Both the position numbers and the translations under genes were made by a program. This document shows, piece after piece, positions 20,251 through 29,821 of a stretch of DNA of 64,000 nt. How positions within the stretch are numbered: the stretch's first letter is position 1; each line of letters begins with the position of its first letter. The notes beneath the pieces are model-generated. The model had not been told where the DNA came from, did not search any database, and saw only the letters and a list, made by a program, of their open reading frames with translations. Source of the DNA: Promethearchaeota archaeon (GTDB lineage: Archaea > Asgardarchaeota > Hermodarchaeia > Hermodarchaeales > Hermodarchaeaceae); assembly GCA_048939625.1 (NCBI GenBank), contig JBHLPH010000001.1:1-64000 (forward strand), given 5' to 3'.

Positions 20251-20852
20251 GTACCATTAAGGATTGGTTTATCACGTTCTCGCATCTGAGAAAATGCTCT
20301 GGTCAATGCATCATTCGTTAATTCAAGAAACGCATCATGAACTCCTGCTGCAGTGGCAGCTGAAGTTTCGATATATGGGATATTCCACCATCTTTGGAGC
20401 ATTTCAGCAGCTTCTGGTGGAACCATTCGTTTCTCCGTCAAGTCTACTTTGTTACCAATGAGGACCACGACACCATTAGGCACTATTCGACGAAAATCAT
20501 TATACCAATTTCGTAGTGTCATGAAAGAACTGGGTTCAGATACGTCAAAAACAAGTAGTGCTCCATGGGCACCACTGTAATAATGACGACGAACTTGGCG
20601 AAAGGAAGGTTGCCCAGCGACGTCCCAGATGACGAGTTTGACATTACGCTCTTGTACATCCAAGTCCTTAACTGCAAAACTAGCTCCAAGCGATTGTTTG
20701 TATTCAGGGGAGAAAGTATTTTGGGTGTATCGGAGCACCAATGATGTTTTGCCAACTGCGCCATCACCCATCATGACTACTTTTAGTCCAAAGTCAGTGG
20801 GCTTTTCTTTGAAACGTTCATGGACATCTGTAGGTGCTAATCTATCTGTCAA
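20247..20852 (-). CDS. Rab-like small GTPase
   Basis: GDGAVGKT, WDVAGQ, YYSGAHG, NKVD, ETSA. Confidence 0.93.
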   Translation of the reverse strand: MTDRLAPTDVHERFKEKPTDFGLKVVMMGDGAVGKTSLVLRYTQNTFSPEYKQSLGASFAVKDLDVQERNVKLVIWDVAGQPSFRQVRRHYYSGAHGALLVFDVSEPSSFMTLRNWYNDFRRIVPNGVVVLIGNKVDLTEKRMVPPEAAEMLQRWWNIPYIETSAATAAGVHDAFLELTNDALTRAFSQMRERDKPILNGT

Positions 20853-20965
20853 TTACACCCTTCCCAGGTGGTACTCTAAGGCAGACAACTCCTGAACGGG
20901 CATAAAGGTTTCGTTTAAGCTCAGGAGTTTTTCCTATTCTTACGGAAAAAAGATTGGTCCATAGA

Positions 20966-21907
20966 TTAGAGAAAGACGCCACCAAAGCCCAAAAAAATAA
21001 GGGCAAGACCAATAGAGATTGGAAGGAGTGCACATAAGAGAGGAATGGGTAACCCAGGAATGACTTGATTGGGTCTCTTTACAACTATTTGTGTATTAAT
21101 TAGACATCCGGTGAGAACGGCAGCGAAGGTCAATATAGCAAAGGTCCAGCCAACATAGCGCAGTGCGTACGACACAAGAGCAGCATAGACGATGAGGTCT
21201 CCTACGCCGATGATGAGAGGTCCGATCACAAAGGTAAAGGCGGCGCGGGCATGCCGTTGAGGATCAGCATCAACGATTGTGGGTCCTAGTCGGATAGCAA
21301 AGATTGTGTCTTGAATAGCTAAGATAACGAGAAGCGCCATAGAGATAACCCAAGTAAAATTAGTCGCAATGAACACTCCGAGAATTATGCCATATATTGT
21401 AAACAAGACGTTTCGTCCCATCATTCCGAGGGCATCCGTAAAGATGAAGACCATGGAAAAGGCGGAAAACATGATGGAGGCAAGCGCTATCATCGAAAGA
21501 TGCAGGTTTGTGAGTCCTTGAAAAAGCAAAACTAGGAAGATGGCTTGTCCAATGAAAACTGTAAGAATGAAGAAAAGGGGCGATATAAAAGCAGCAATGA
21601 TAATGCGATGTAAGGTTTCACTTCCCCGTTGAAAGACCAAGAAAGTGGCAAATGTTGCTACACCACCTACAAGAGCAATCACTAGTAGGGCAATAATCGT
21701 TTCGTAGAGATTAGTTAAAGGAGGGAAGATTCCAATATCGAGGAAGGGATTTGCGATAACGATGAGCAGGGTAATAAACAACGAAAAGACCATGGCGAGG
21801 ATTGGAGCGTACAAATAGGTTATTCGCATTCGCCAGGTAAGAGTATATGATATTGGTTCATTAATCGAAGCATGGGAGAAGTTAGAAGGCTGTTCTTCGT
21901 TGTCCAT
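20966..21907 (-). CDS. Presenilin-like GxGD intramembrane aspartyl protease
   Basis: About 9 TM; AIQD...LGP (YD-equivalent), GVGDLIVY, PGLPI (PAL-equivalent); start moved to ATG 21907 because the longer ORF runs through a terminator. Confidence 0.8.
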   Translation of the reverse strand: MDNEEQPSNFSHASINEPISYTLTWRMRITYLYAPILAMVFSLFITLLIVIANPFLDIGIFPPLTNLYETIIALLVIALVGGVATFATFLVFQRGSETLHRIIIAAFISPLFFILTVFIGQAIFLVLLFQGLTNLHLSMIALASIMFSAFSMVFIFTDALGMMGRNVLFTIYGIILGVFIATNFTWVISMALLVILAIQDTIFAIRLGPTIVDADPQRHARAAFTFVIGPLIIGVGDLIVYAALVSYALRYVGWTFAILTFAAVLTGCLINTQIVVKRPNQVIPGLPIPLLCALLPISIGLALIFLGFGGVFL

Positions 21908-22007
21908 AGGAGCATCATTTATGGATGATTTTATCAATCTGCCGAAAGTGGCAAGAATCAAGGAGTAACTACTTGGCACAGAGCTCTTTTTACCATCAAT
22001 GGCGAGA

Positions 22008-22054
22008 AAAAAATCCCAAAAAAAAGAGAAGGGTAGGTGCCGAGATGGCACCTA
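22008..22054 (-). terminator. Intrinsic-type terminator (8-bp hairpin plus U tracts)
   Basis: TAGGTGCC/GGCACCTA perfect stem at 22034-22054, followed on the minus strand by T8 and T7 tracts, just after the SBP stop. Confidence 0.75.
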
Positions 22055-22082
22055 TTTGGAACAGAAGTTTTGATCTGAACGA

Positions 22083-23990
22083 TTACTTCTTGCGGAGATA
22101 CCAGAAACTGCCGAGGAGTACCACGACAATTACTAGGACACCCACAGCAATGTAGATAGGCAAATAACTGACTTGCTCTCGTTCACCAGCAGCGTGACCA
22201 GTCACACCGTGATGGTAGCGATCCCAGAACTCCATTTCAACGTACTCGCCTTCAATACGGCGATACCACTTGAATGGACCACTGCCAATGGGTTCGGGGT
22301 TCGAGAAGGTTACAGGGCTGACAATACCAGACCAGATGTGTTCTGGAATTACAGTCCATCCACGAAGCTGGTCAAAGGCCCAGTAGCTCTTACCATTGGT
22401 GATGATTCGTACGTGGAAATCGTCGATGGCTTCACAGGAGTTGAGGTATGGAATAGCTGTCACGTAGGTCGGAATGGAGTAGTTGAGGACATAATTGTAG
22501 CTGAAGGCTACATCATATGCTGTCACACGACCATCATAGCTACCACCCATGTCATGCCAGTAGGCGGCAGGATGATCGTCGTCTGCACCCCACAGCGTGA
22601 AGTCGAATTGAAGTCCGTCCGTGAGTTCGGTAATCTCCCAGTCATAGGCGAGACCGTTGCTGTCCATAGTAGGTTCGTGGTTCGGATCATTGAGTCCGGC
22701 AAGGCTGGAATAGACTTGCGAGAGCGGATAGTTTCCGTAGACGCTGGTTGAGGTCAATGGGTTCTGAGAGTCCATGGCGGAGCCAATCAGAGTGTTGAAG
22801 GTGCCACCTGTACCCGTGGTTGGATCACGTTCAGGCTGTCCTTCCTTGAGTTTGACCTTCTGTGGTACCCAGCGGTTCATACCAGCAATACCCCAACCAG
22901 GAATAACGGTGAAGTCCTCCCATTTGTCAGAACGGTAGGCGTTGACTTCCCAGTTGCTGTACCAGACGAGCATGGGTACGTTCTCGATGAAGATTTGCTG
23001 AGCAGACCAGGCAGCATCGAGAACCTCATCAAAGTCAGAGGAGGTGAGCATGATGTCTACCCAGTAGTCGTAGGTGTCATTAGCCCAGTTCAACATGTTT
23101 CCTTCAGGTTCTGCGATGTATTGGGACATCCAGTTCTCAAGGATGAGTGGATTGGGGCTAAGGCCATAAGCAAAGTTTGCGCCATCATAGTTTCGTGGAA
23201 TCGTGTAAACGATGTCCAGGAGGGTGTTGAAAGCGATTGGCATTGGATCTACGGAGATACCAGCCTGATCCCAGTAAACTTGCTGGGAGGTCATAGCAGC
23301 ACCCCATTGGGGAGCTTCGATGGAGTACATCGGACGGAAGGTGAAAGGTTCACCATTCGGATCGTCGAAGTATCCGTCACCGTTGGCATCATAGAATCCT
23401 GCCGCTGTCAGTTCAGCCATAGCTAGCGCAACGTTGGGTTCCTTGTAGCTGGGTGATGTGGCATTATTATGCCAGACACCAGTTGATGCAGGAACTGGGC
23501 TGTCAAGGGCGAAGCCAAGACCACCCCACATGATGGTGGCGACTTCGTGCTTGTCAGCAGCTAAGGCTAGCGCACGTCGAAATGCAGGAATTGCATATGG
23601 ATAGCGCATGCAGTTGATGGCCATAAAACCGAAACCGAGTCGTTCAGTTTGGGTTACTTCTATGTTCGGGTTAGCTTGCAATTCTTCAATGTAGGCTGCT
23701 TCTACGTTGTCGGCAAGACAGTCAATGTCGCCTTGAATTAGAGCAGCTACTTGTACATCTTGCCCTGTAATAACATGGAAGATGATTCTGTCAGCATAAG
23801 GACCAGTCGGATCCCAACCGCCATCCTGTGCTGAAACAGATGGGGATTCACCGGTATAAACAAGGAACATTCCGGCGAGGCCCACAAAGAGGAGAACTGC
23901 AAGTAATTGGATTGTGCGTTTTCGCTCCAATTTAGTTTCAAACCTCTTGGCGTTTTTCCGAATCGTAGCTTGTGCTACGACACCGGTCAA
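22083..23990 (-). CDS. ABC transporter substrate-binding protein, family 5 (oligopeptide type), C-terminally anchored
   Basis: FRRALALA, YWHD...VTAYDVAFS, PIGSGPFK; N-terminal signal and C-terminal TM + RKK; true start probably slightly downstream. Confidence 0.88.
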   Translation of the reverse strand: MTGVVAQATIRKNAKRFETKLERKRTIQLLAVLLFVGLAGMFLVYTGESPSVSAQDGGWDPTGPYADRIIFHVITGQDVQVAALIQGDIDCLADNVEAAYIEELQANPNIEVTQTERLGFGFMAINCMRYPYAIPAFRRALALAADKHEVATIMWGGLGFALDSPVPASTGVWHNNATSPSYKEPNVALAMAELTAAGFYDANGDGYFDDPNGEPFTFRPMYSIEAPQWGAAMTSQQVYWDQAGISVDPMPIAFNTLLDIVYTIPRNYDGANFAYGLSPNPLILENWMSQYIAEPEGNMLNWANDTYDYWVDIMLTSSDFDEVLDAAWSAQQIFIENVPMLVWYSNWEVNAYRSDKWEDFTVIPGWGIAGMNRWVPQKVKLKEGQPERDPTTGTGGTFNTLIGSAMDSQNPLTSTSVYGNYPLSQVYSSLAGLNDPNHEPTMDSNGLAYDWEITELTDGLQFDFTLWGADDDHPAAYWHDMGGSYDGRVTAYDVAFSYNYVLNYSIPTYVTAIPYLNSCEAIDDFHVRIITNGKSYWAFDQLRGWTVIPEHIWSGIVSPVTFSNPEPIGSGPFKWYRRIEGEYVEMEFWDRYHHGVTGHAAGEREQVSYLPIYIAVGVLVIVVVLLGSFWYLRKK

Positions 23991-24263
23991 AAGGGATACT
24001 TATTCCTTAAATCACTTGTTATTGGGGAATTTAGAGAAGGAAATGTGACCTCATCGACAAAGAATATTTTCTCATGATGATGGAAAAAACAACCAACGAA
24101 ACCGAGAATATGTGATTATGTCAGCACGAGTGTATCCAATGGAAAGCAGAAATTATGTTTTGTAAATATCATCAGATGAGGAAATGCTGAGTAGAATTTG
24201 AGTGTCACAAAGAGATACATTAAGGTTTTATTCTTTGCAGGTTCATGAAGCTTCTATCCGAGT

Positions 24264-26126
24264 GTGTTCAATATGTATGGCTGGACGGGCAAGCTCCTTC
24301 GAGTTAATCTTAGCGCTCAGCAAATTCGTGAAGAATCTATTCCAGAAAAAGTGCTTCACCAGTTCATTGGCGGAAAAGGATTAGGCACTTATTATCTCTA
24401 TAGAGAAATCCCAGCTTCCACGGATCCGTTAGGGGAAGAAAATCGTTTCTACCTAGCGGTTGGTCCAGTTCAAGGAACACGCATTCCGATTACAGGTCGA
24501 TGTTCAGCAATCTCCAAAAGCCCTCTAACTAATCTGTATATTGATAGTAACATGGGTGGATACCTAGGACCCGAATTAAAACGAGCGGGATTTGATCTTC
24601 TAGCAATCGAGGGGAAGGCAGAAACACCAGTTTGGATTCATATTAGTGAAAAAGAGTTGGCAATAAAGGACGCTTCGAAGCTCTGGGGAAAAACGACGCA
24701 TGAAACAGAGCTTGCTTTAAGAAAACAAGATCCGAAAACCCAGGTGATTTCCACAGGACCAGCAGGAGAACATCTCGTCCGTTTTGCTTGTTTAACGCAC
24801 AACTATTTTCGGAATTTTGGCCGTGGTGGATTAGGATCGGTATTCGGATCCAAAAATCTGAAAGCTGTTGCCATTCGGGGACCCAAACGGAGGATTCCCA
24901 CACCCGATGACGAGCAGGAACGCAACCTTGTCATACAACTAGCCCAGCGCGCTCGAAAAGCGAAGGAGCGAGGACATTCTTTGCATTATCGTGGAACCCC
25001 TTGGCTAGTTGATTATGCTAATAGCATTGGTATTTTTCCAACCCGTAATTTCCAAACAACTCAGTTTGGTGGACATTCCAAAATCGATGACGAGGCAATT
25101 GAAGCCCAGTATCGAAATGCAAAACAACGAACCCCTTGTGAGGGCTGTGTGATTAGTTGTGCCTGGACCTTAAAAGACCCAGAGTATCCATGGGCTCCAA
25201 AAGCGAAAACGGGCAAGATTGCTGTCCCTGAATATGAGACGCTGGGATTAATGGGTGCGGGTCTTGGTGTCAATGACCTTGATGCCATCATTCAAATGAA
25301 TCACTTATGCAACCTGTATGGATTAGACACGATCAGTGCTGGAAATGTTATCGGGTTCTTCATGGAACTCAAACAACGCAACCGTATCCCACGGCAATTC
25401 CAATCAGAAGCAATGACTTTTGGTGAAGCGAAGAAAGTACTTCAGCTCTTACTAAAAATTGCGACACGTGACGGTGTCGGAGATCATCTGGCGAAGGGGG
25501 TCCGGGAATTTGCTAATGTTGTAGGTAATAGTGCTGATCAATGGGCACTTCACACGAAAGGACTTGAATACCCTGCCTGGGATCCCCGTGGAAAATTAGG
25601 TCTAGGATTGAGCTATGTGACAGCAGCAGCAGGGGCAAGTCATTTACGAGGGTGGCCCTCGACGACAAAGCCCCCTGAAGACAGCGCCAAACTGGTGCTT
25701 GATTCACTTATCGAACAGCAAAACCTGAAAATCCTCAAAGATTCACTTATTATCTGTCATTTCACCCACTCGATTTCTCCGCGACTGAATATTCAAGACT
25801 GTGCTGAAATCTTACAGGTTGCCACCGGCGTGAAGCAGACCAAGAAAGCAGTAAACACCATTGCCAACCGAATTTGGACCCTGGCTCGGATGTTTAACAT
25901 TCGCGAGTATGACCAACCACCACGTAATTATGATGTCTTGCCCAACCGTTTCATGAGAGAGCCAATACCTGATGGACCCACCAAGGGATATACTGCGTTT
26001 ACTAGCCAACAAGATTTTGAAGAATCCCTAACGGAATTATACAAGCGACGTGGATGCACACCCGACGGAGAGCCCACGGAACAATCACTCAAAGCACTTC
26101 AGCTGTCCCCTATTATTACCACCTAG
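24264..26126 (+). CDS. aor: Tungsten aldehyde:ferredoxin oxidoreductase family protein
   Basis: GWTGKLLRVNLS, KSPLT, GRGGLGSVFGSKNLKA, CEGCVISC, PEYET, GLDTIS. Confidence 0.92.
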   Translation: MFNMYGWTGKLLRVNLSAQQIREESIPEKVLHQFIGGKGLGTYYLYREIPASTDPLGEENRFYLAVGPVQGTRIPITGRCSAISKSPLTNLYIDSNMGGYLGPELKRAGFDLLAIEGKAETPVWIHISEKELAIKDASKLWGKTTHETELALRKQDPKTQVISTGPAGEHLVRFACLTHNYFRNFGRGGLGSVFGSKNLKAVAIRGPKRRIPTPDDEQERNLVIQLAQRARKAKERGHSLHYRGTPWLVDYANSIGIFPTRNFQTTQFGGHSKIDDEAIEAQYRNAKQRTPCEGCVISCAWTLKDPEYPWAPKAKTGKIAVPEYETLGLMGAGLGVNDLDAIIQMNHLCNLYGLDTISAGNVIGFFMELKQRNRIPRQFQSEAMTFGEAKKVLQLLLKIATRDGVGDHLAKGVREFANVVGNSADQWALHTKGLEYPAWDPRGKLGLGLSYVTAAAGASHLRGWPSTTKPPEDSAKLVLDSLIEQQNLKILKDSLIICHFTHSISPRLNIQDCAEILQVATGVKQTKKAVNTIANRIWTLARMFNIREYDQPPRNYDVLPNRFMREPIPDGPTKGYTAFTSQQDFEESLTELYKRRGCTPDGEPTEQSLKALQLSPIITT

Positions 26127-26224
26127 CATATAGACGAATATTTTCACTTTCACATTGGGGTGTCTAAGGATTATAAAGTTCTGACACGGAACAGGGCAGG
26201 AAAACCGTTAGAGTTGGGGTCTCG

Positions 26225-26375
26225 TTCGAAAACCGGTAAGCTATAATAGGGAACACCGCACACAGACCTTTACGTGGGACCTCCCTTGCACCACCTCCCC
26301 GAATACTTTCGGTGAGGTCTCCCCGCCCGACGTGTTTCTAAAGCACACACGCATGACCCTTCGGAAGGAAGAACC
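26225..26375 (+). promoter_or_regulatory. radA promoter and structured C-rich leader
   Basis: CGAAAA BRE-like and TATAATA box at about 26227-26248; hairpins ACCTC-CCGAA/TTCGG-GAGGT and CCTT/AAGG before the start. Confidence 0.45.
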
Positions 26376-27314
26376 ATGCCCTCAGAACTTGAAAAAATCG
26401 ATGGCGTCGGACCCACCGTCGCCCAAAAACTCGAAGAATGCGGCTTCCGCACCATCGAAGGAATCGCCGCGGCCTCTGTCAAAGAACTTACGAGCCTTGC
26501 AGGCATCGGCGCAAGTACTGCTCAGAAGATTATCGAATCCGCCCAACGCCTTGCTAGTATTGGGCTTGAAACCGCCGATCAACTCTGGAAGAAACGTCAA
26601 ACAGTTGAACGCATCACCACTAATAGTAGAGAACTCGACGCCCTCCTGGGCGGTGGTCTTGAAACTGGTAGTATGACTGAATTCGCGGGAGCATTCCGGT
26701 CTGGCAAAACCCAGCTGTGCCATCAACTCGCCGTCAATGTCCAACTCCCCGCTGATCAAGGTGGCTGTGACGCCAAAGCTGCATACATTGACACAGAAGG
26801 CACCTTCCGTCCTGAACGAATCATCAACATGGCTCAAGCCAAAAACATCCCACCCAACCAAGCCCTCAAAAACATCATCGTAGGACGCGCCTACAACAGC
26901 GACCACCAAATGCTTCTCGTCCAACAAATCCAAGATAATCCCCAATTCGAAAAAGTTCGACTCCTGGTTGTTGACAGCCTCATCGGTCATTTCCGTGCCG
27001 AATACCTTGGACGTGGCATGCTCGCCGAACGCCAACAAAAACTCAACAAACACCTCCACGACCTCCTCCGCGTCGCCGAAATCAGCAACATCGCCGTCGT
27101 CACCACCAACCAAGTCCACGCCCAACCCGACGTCTTCTTCGGAGCACCGGACCGTCCGACTGGAGGTCATATCGTGGCGCACGCAGCGCAGACACGAATA
27201 TATTTGCGGAAGAGCAAAGCAGAACGCCGAATTGCAACACTGATTGACTCGCCATACTTGCCAGAAGGTGAAGCGTTGTTCACGATTACAGCACCGGGAA
27301 TATCTGATGCATAA
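26376..27314 (+). CDS. radA: DNA repair and recombination protein RadA
   Basis: N-terminal HhH (GVGP, GIG), GAFRSGKTQ, YIDTEGTFRPERI, LLVVDS, GRGMLAERQQKL; no intein. Confidence 0.97.
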   Translation: MPSELEKIDGVGPTVAQKLEECGFRTIEGIAAASVKELTSLAGIGASTAQKIIESAQRLASIGLETADQLWKKRQTVERITTNSRELDALLGGGLETGSMTEFAGAFRSGKTQLCHQLAVNVQLPADQGGCDAKAAYIDTEGTFRPERIINMAQAKNIPPNQALKNIIVGRAYNSDHQMLLVQQIQDNPQFEKVRLLVVDSLIGHFRAEYLGRGMLAERQQKLNKHLHDLLRVAEISNIAVVTTNQVHAQPDVFFGAPDRPTGGHIVAHAAQTRIYLRKSKAERRIATLIDSPYLPEGEALFTITAPGISDA

Positions 27315-27346
27315 CTGAAGCGGGTAATTCTACCCAATTCATTTTG

Positions 27347-27754
27347 CTATATTCTTATGGTCATCCATCGAACACGCTTTTGATGTATTAATTGGGCAAT
27401 TCGCTTTTCGGTTGTGCTTAGTTGAGCATTTCCAGTCTTTATATCGATTAGCACAATTTCTGTTGGGCGATTATGACTATAACCATCAAACACTATGTAA
27501 TCAATTGGAGAGCCAATGAAGCGGGCGTCGGAGGGTTCGAAAGGGAACGCGTCGAGGAGTGGGGCCATTTGCTCACCAATTTTTCCTTTGAGTACAGCAC
27601 GGCTTCGTGAGAGTGCATCTTTGCGGATGCGGTCTTTTTCTTTTTGGACTTGTTCTTGGACACGGATGTTGACCATCCGTTTTTGATAGATGTTGTAGAG
27701 AATCAGGCCAAGGATTACGAGAAGGAGTATTCCGATGGTGAGTTCGAGGAGCAT
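27347..27754 (-). CDS. Membrane-anchored Holliday-junction-resolvase-like endonuclease
   Basis: N-terminal TM; SRAVLKGKIGEQMAP, RFIGSPIDYIVFDG, IDIKTG (PD-(D/E)xK). Confidence 0.85.
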   Translation of the reverse strand: MLLELTIGILLLVILGLILYNIYQKRMVNIRVQEQVQKEKDRIRKDALSRSRAVLKGKIGEQMAPLLDAFPFEPSDARFIGSPIDYIVFDGYSHNRPTEIVLIDIKTGNAQLSTTEKRIAQLIHQKRVRWMTIRI

Positions 27755-27832
27755 GGTGTAACCTCTCGGTGAGGGATATTCCCAAGGGGCTAGATATACT
27801 CCACGAAAGGTAGTTCTGCAAAGGCGTCAAAG

Positions 27833-29059
27833 CTAGTCGAGGAGCCGTTTCTCGCCTTTTAGCGCGCGGATATCTGTGACATCTTGGCTGACTTCAAGGC
27901 AACCGATATATTCGTTCTTACTACTATGAACTGCGAAATAGCGGATGTAGATTAGTCGATCCTTGAGGTTTATCCAAAATTCAGCAGTTTTCCTTTTTCC
28001 AGCACGAAAGTCATCAAGTATTTGCTGGACTTTGTGGATGCTTTTTTGGGGGTGACAAGCTTGTACTGTTCGTCCGATTACAGCTTTAGTTCGAACAAAG
28101 ATGCGCCCCCCAGACTCGCTGTAAAATTGGACTTTATCGTCCTTGTCGACGAATGTGATATCCACGGGTATTATGTTAAAAATGCCTTGGAGCGCTTCTT
28201 GTGATAAGCTACCCGTTTCAAAATTTACGATTCCTTTTATTATTGTTTCAACTTCAGATGGTTTGGTTATTGGTGGTTTAGCCTCGAACGTGACAGGTGT
28301 GAAGAAACTGTAACCAATCTCGTCAAATTCATGACGAATCTGTGGCCAGTCATTTTCGCTTATCACTTTGAGGCCAGTGGGAAAGAGGATATTATTTTCT
28401 TTTTGGAAGTGGCTGGCAAGTTTTTCTGCAATAGCCAAATCAAGAGTCTCAAGGTGAGAAGTGAATTCACTAAATTTGAGTGTTGTAGTATTTTCCATTA
28501 GGGAATAGAGTTGTTTTTCCAATGCCCGAATTTCATCATGTTCAGCCCACATGATTTTAGGAGGCTGGGTAATGCCATATTTTTCCAAGAATGGAAATAG
28601 AACATTTTCCTCTCGGAGATAATGATTCTCTGAATTGCGGAATTTAGAGACTTTGTCCTTCAGAGCATCCCAATGTGGTTTCGCTGCATGATAATCATTC
28701 ATTTCACTGATTTTTGCAACTACTTCACGGAGTTCGATAGCGTTTTTGAGCAATAAATTATGTTCTTCCATGAGAATCCAAATGGGATGACCAGCTTCGA
28801 GGTCTAAATGAGTAGATTCTAAGGCATCTTGGAATGTCGCTAAGTGGATGTCACAGAGGGCACGAATTTCTTCAGCAGGCATACCTTCTTTGATGAGCTC
28901 TTCTTCGATCTGGGCGATTTCAAGAGGACTGCAGCTTGCCAACAACTTTCCGAATTTAGCTTTGATTTTCTGGACCGATGTTCCCTCGTGTAATTGCCTG
29001 ATAATCTGTTTGAGAATTTCTTTCCGTTCGTTATCATTAATTTCCTTACCTTTCATCAA
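27833..29059 (-). CDS. DUF438 + hemerythrin + PAS domain protein
   Basis: EIAQIEEELI..LCDIH; GHPI..EH, HYLREENVLFP, HFQKENNILFP; PVDITFVDKDD..CHP. Confidence 0.88.
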   Translation of the reverse strand: MMKGKEINDNERKEILKQIIRQLHEGTSVQKIKAKFGKLLASCSPLEIAQIEEELIKEGMPAEEIRALCDIHLATFQDALESTHLDLEAGHPIWILMEEHNLLLKNAIELREVVAKISEMNDYHAAKPHWDALKDKVSKFRNSENHYLREENVLFPFLEKYGITQPPKIMWAEHDEIRALEKQLYSLMENTTTLKFSEFTSHLETLDLAIAEKLASHFQKENNILFPTGLKVISENDWPQIRHEFDEIGYSFFTPVTFEAKPPITKPSEVETIIKGIVNFETGSLSQEALQGIFNIIPVDITFVDKDDKVQFYSESGGRIFVRTKAVIGRTVQACHPQKSIHKVQQILDDFRAGKRKTAEFWINLKDRLIYIRYFAVHSSKNEYIGCLEVSQDVTDIRALKGEKRLLD

Positions 29060-29085
29060 GAATCACAAATCCAGATGTTGGATGG

Positions 29086-29745
29086 TTAAGGGGGGTTTAA
29101 AGAGACACCGCATTTGTAACAGTAAACTGACGTTGAATCTATAGCTTTAGCTCCACAGTTCCAGCAAAAACTAATCGTTGTTTTTCCACTTTGTTGGGGA
29201 GAGGGATGGATAACTGTCGGCTCAGCTTCAACCGGGGCTTGTGCAGGAAGAGCAGGGCTTGTTGTTTCAGCTTGCATAATCGCATCGTGGATGATTGTGG
29301 AGATTTTTCGTTGCCCAGTTCCATGCGTAGGGCAGCGTATAGTGAGAATTTTAAATTTGCCTGATGTCTTGGTGTTTTCTAGTGTGACTGGTTCGCCACA
29401 TTTGAGGCATCGGAGAGTGTGTTCTTTGATAACTGGGGCGTAGCTTTGTAAATTTTCGAAGAAAAAAGAGTATTCGCCATCTCCAGGGTGTTCGGGGCAG
29501 CGGAGTTCGAGCTTGACCAGCCCTTCTTTCCGCATCTTGGCTTGAGCCTCTGCAAGTTGGAGATGAACCTCGCGTTGAAATTCATCGGGGTCAGTCTTCG
29601 CTAGTTTACGGTGTTCTTGTTCGATTTTTTCACTCATCGTGCGTTCCATAAAGGGAAGTTTTTCGATTCGAATTGCAGATTTAATTATCTGGGGATTTCC
29701 GCCTTTTGGACAAGCAATTTCCTGTAGCAGCGTTTCTTCACTCAT
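29086..29745 (-). CDS. Multi-zinc-ribbon protein
   Basis: CPKG, CPEH, CLKC, CPTHG and C-terminal CWNC...CYKC. Confidence 0.7.
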   Translation of the reverse strand: MSEETLLQEIACPKGGNPQIIKSAIRIEKLPFMERTMSEKIEQEHRKLAKTDPDEFQREVHLQLAEAQAKMRKEGLVKLELRCPEHPGDGEYSFFFENLQSYAPVIKEHTLRCLKCGEPVTLENTKTSGKFKILTIRCPTHGTGQRKISTIIHDAIMQAETTSPALPAQAPVEAEPTVIHPSPQQSGKTTISFCWNCGAKAIDSTSVYCYKCGVSLNPP

Positions 29746-29821
29746 TGCAATGCACCATGAATGGAATTTAATGGTCGGTCCAGGCTAAAAACAGGTTGGC
29801 TTTTCCCAATTAATTGGAAAT

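Noticed and set aside
21908-22051. N-terminal extension of the presenilin-like ORF in the track
   Set aside because: Runs through the upstream terminator hairpin and T tracts; ATG 21907 is more plausible
22173-23426. 192-aa and 143-aa plus-strand ORFs inside the SBP gene
   Set aside because: Antisense shadows of a codon-biased gene
26382-27182. 266-aa antisense ORF over radA
   Set aside because: Explained by radA codon bias; low-complexity V/D/G/F product with no motifs
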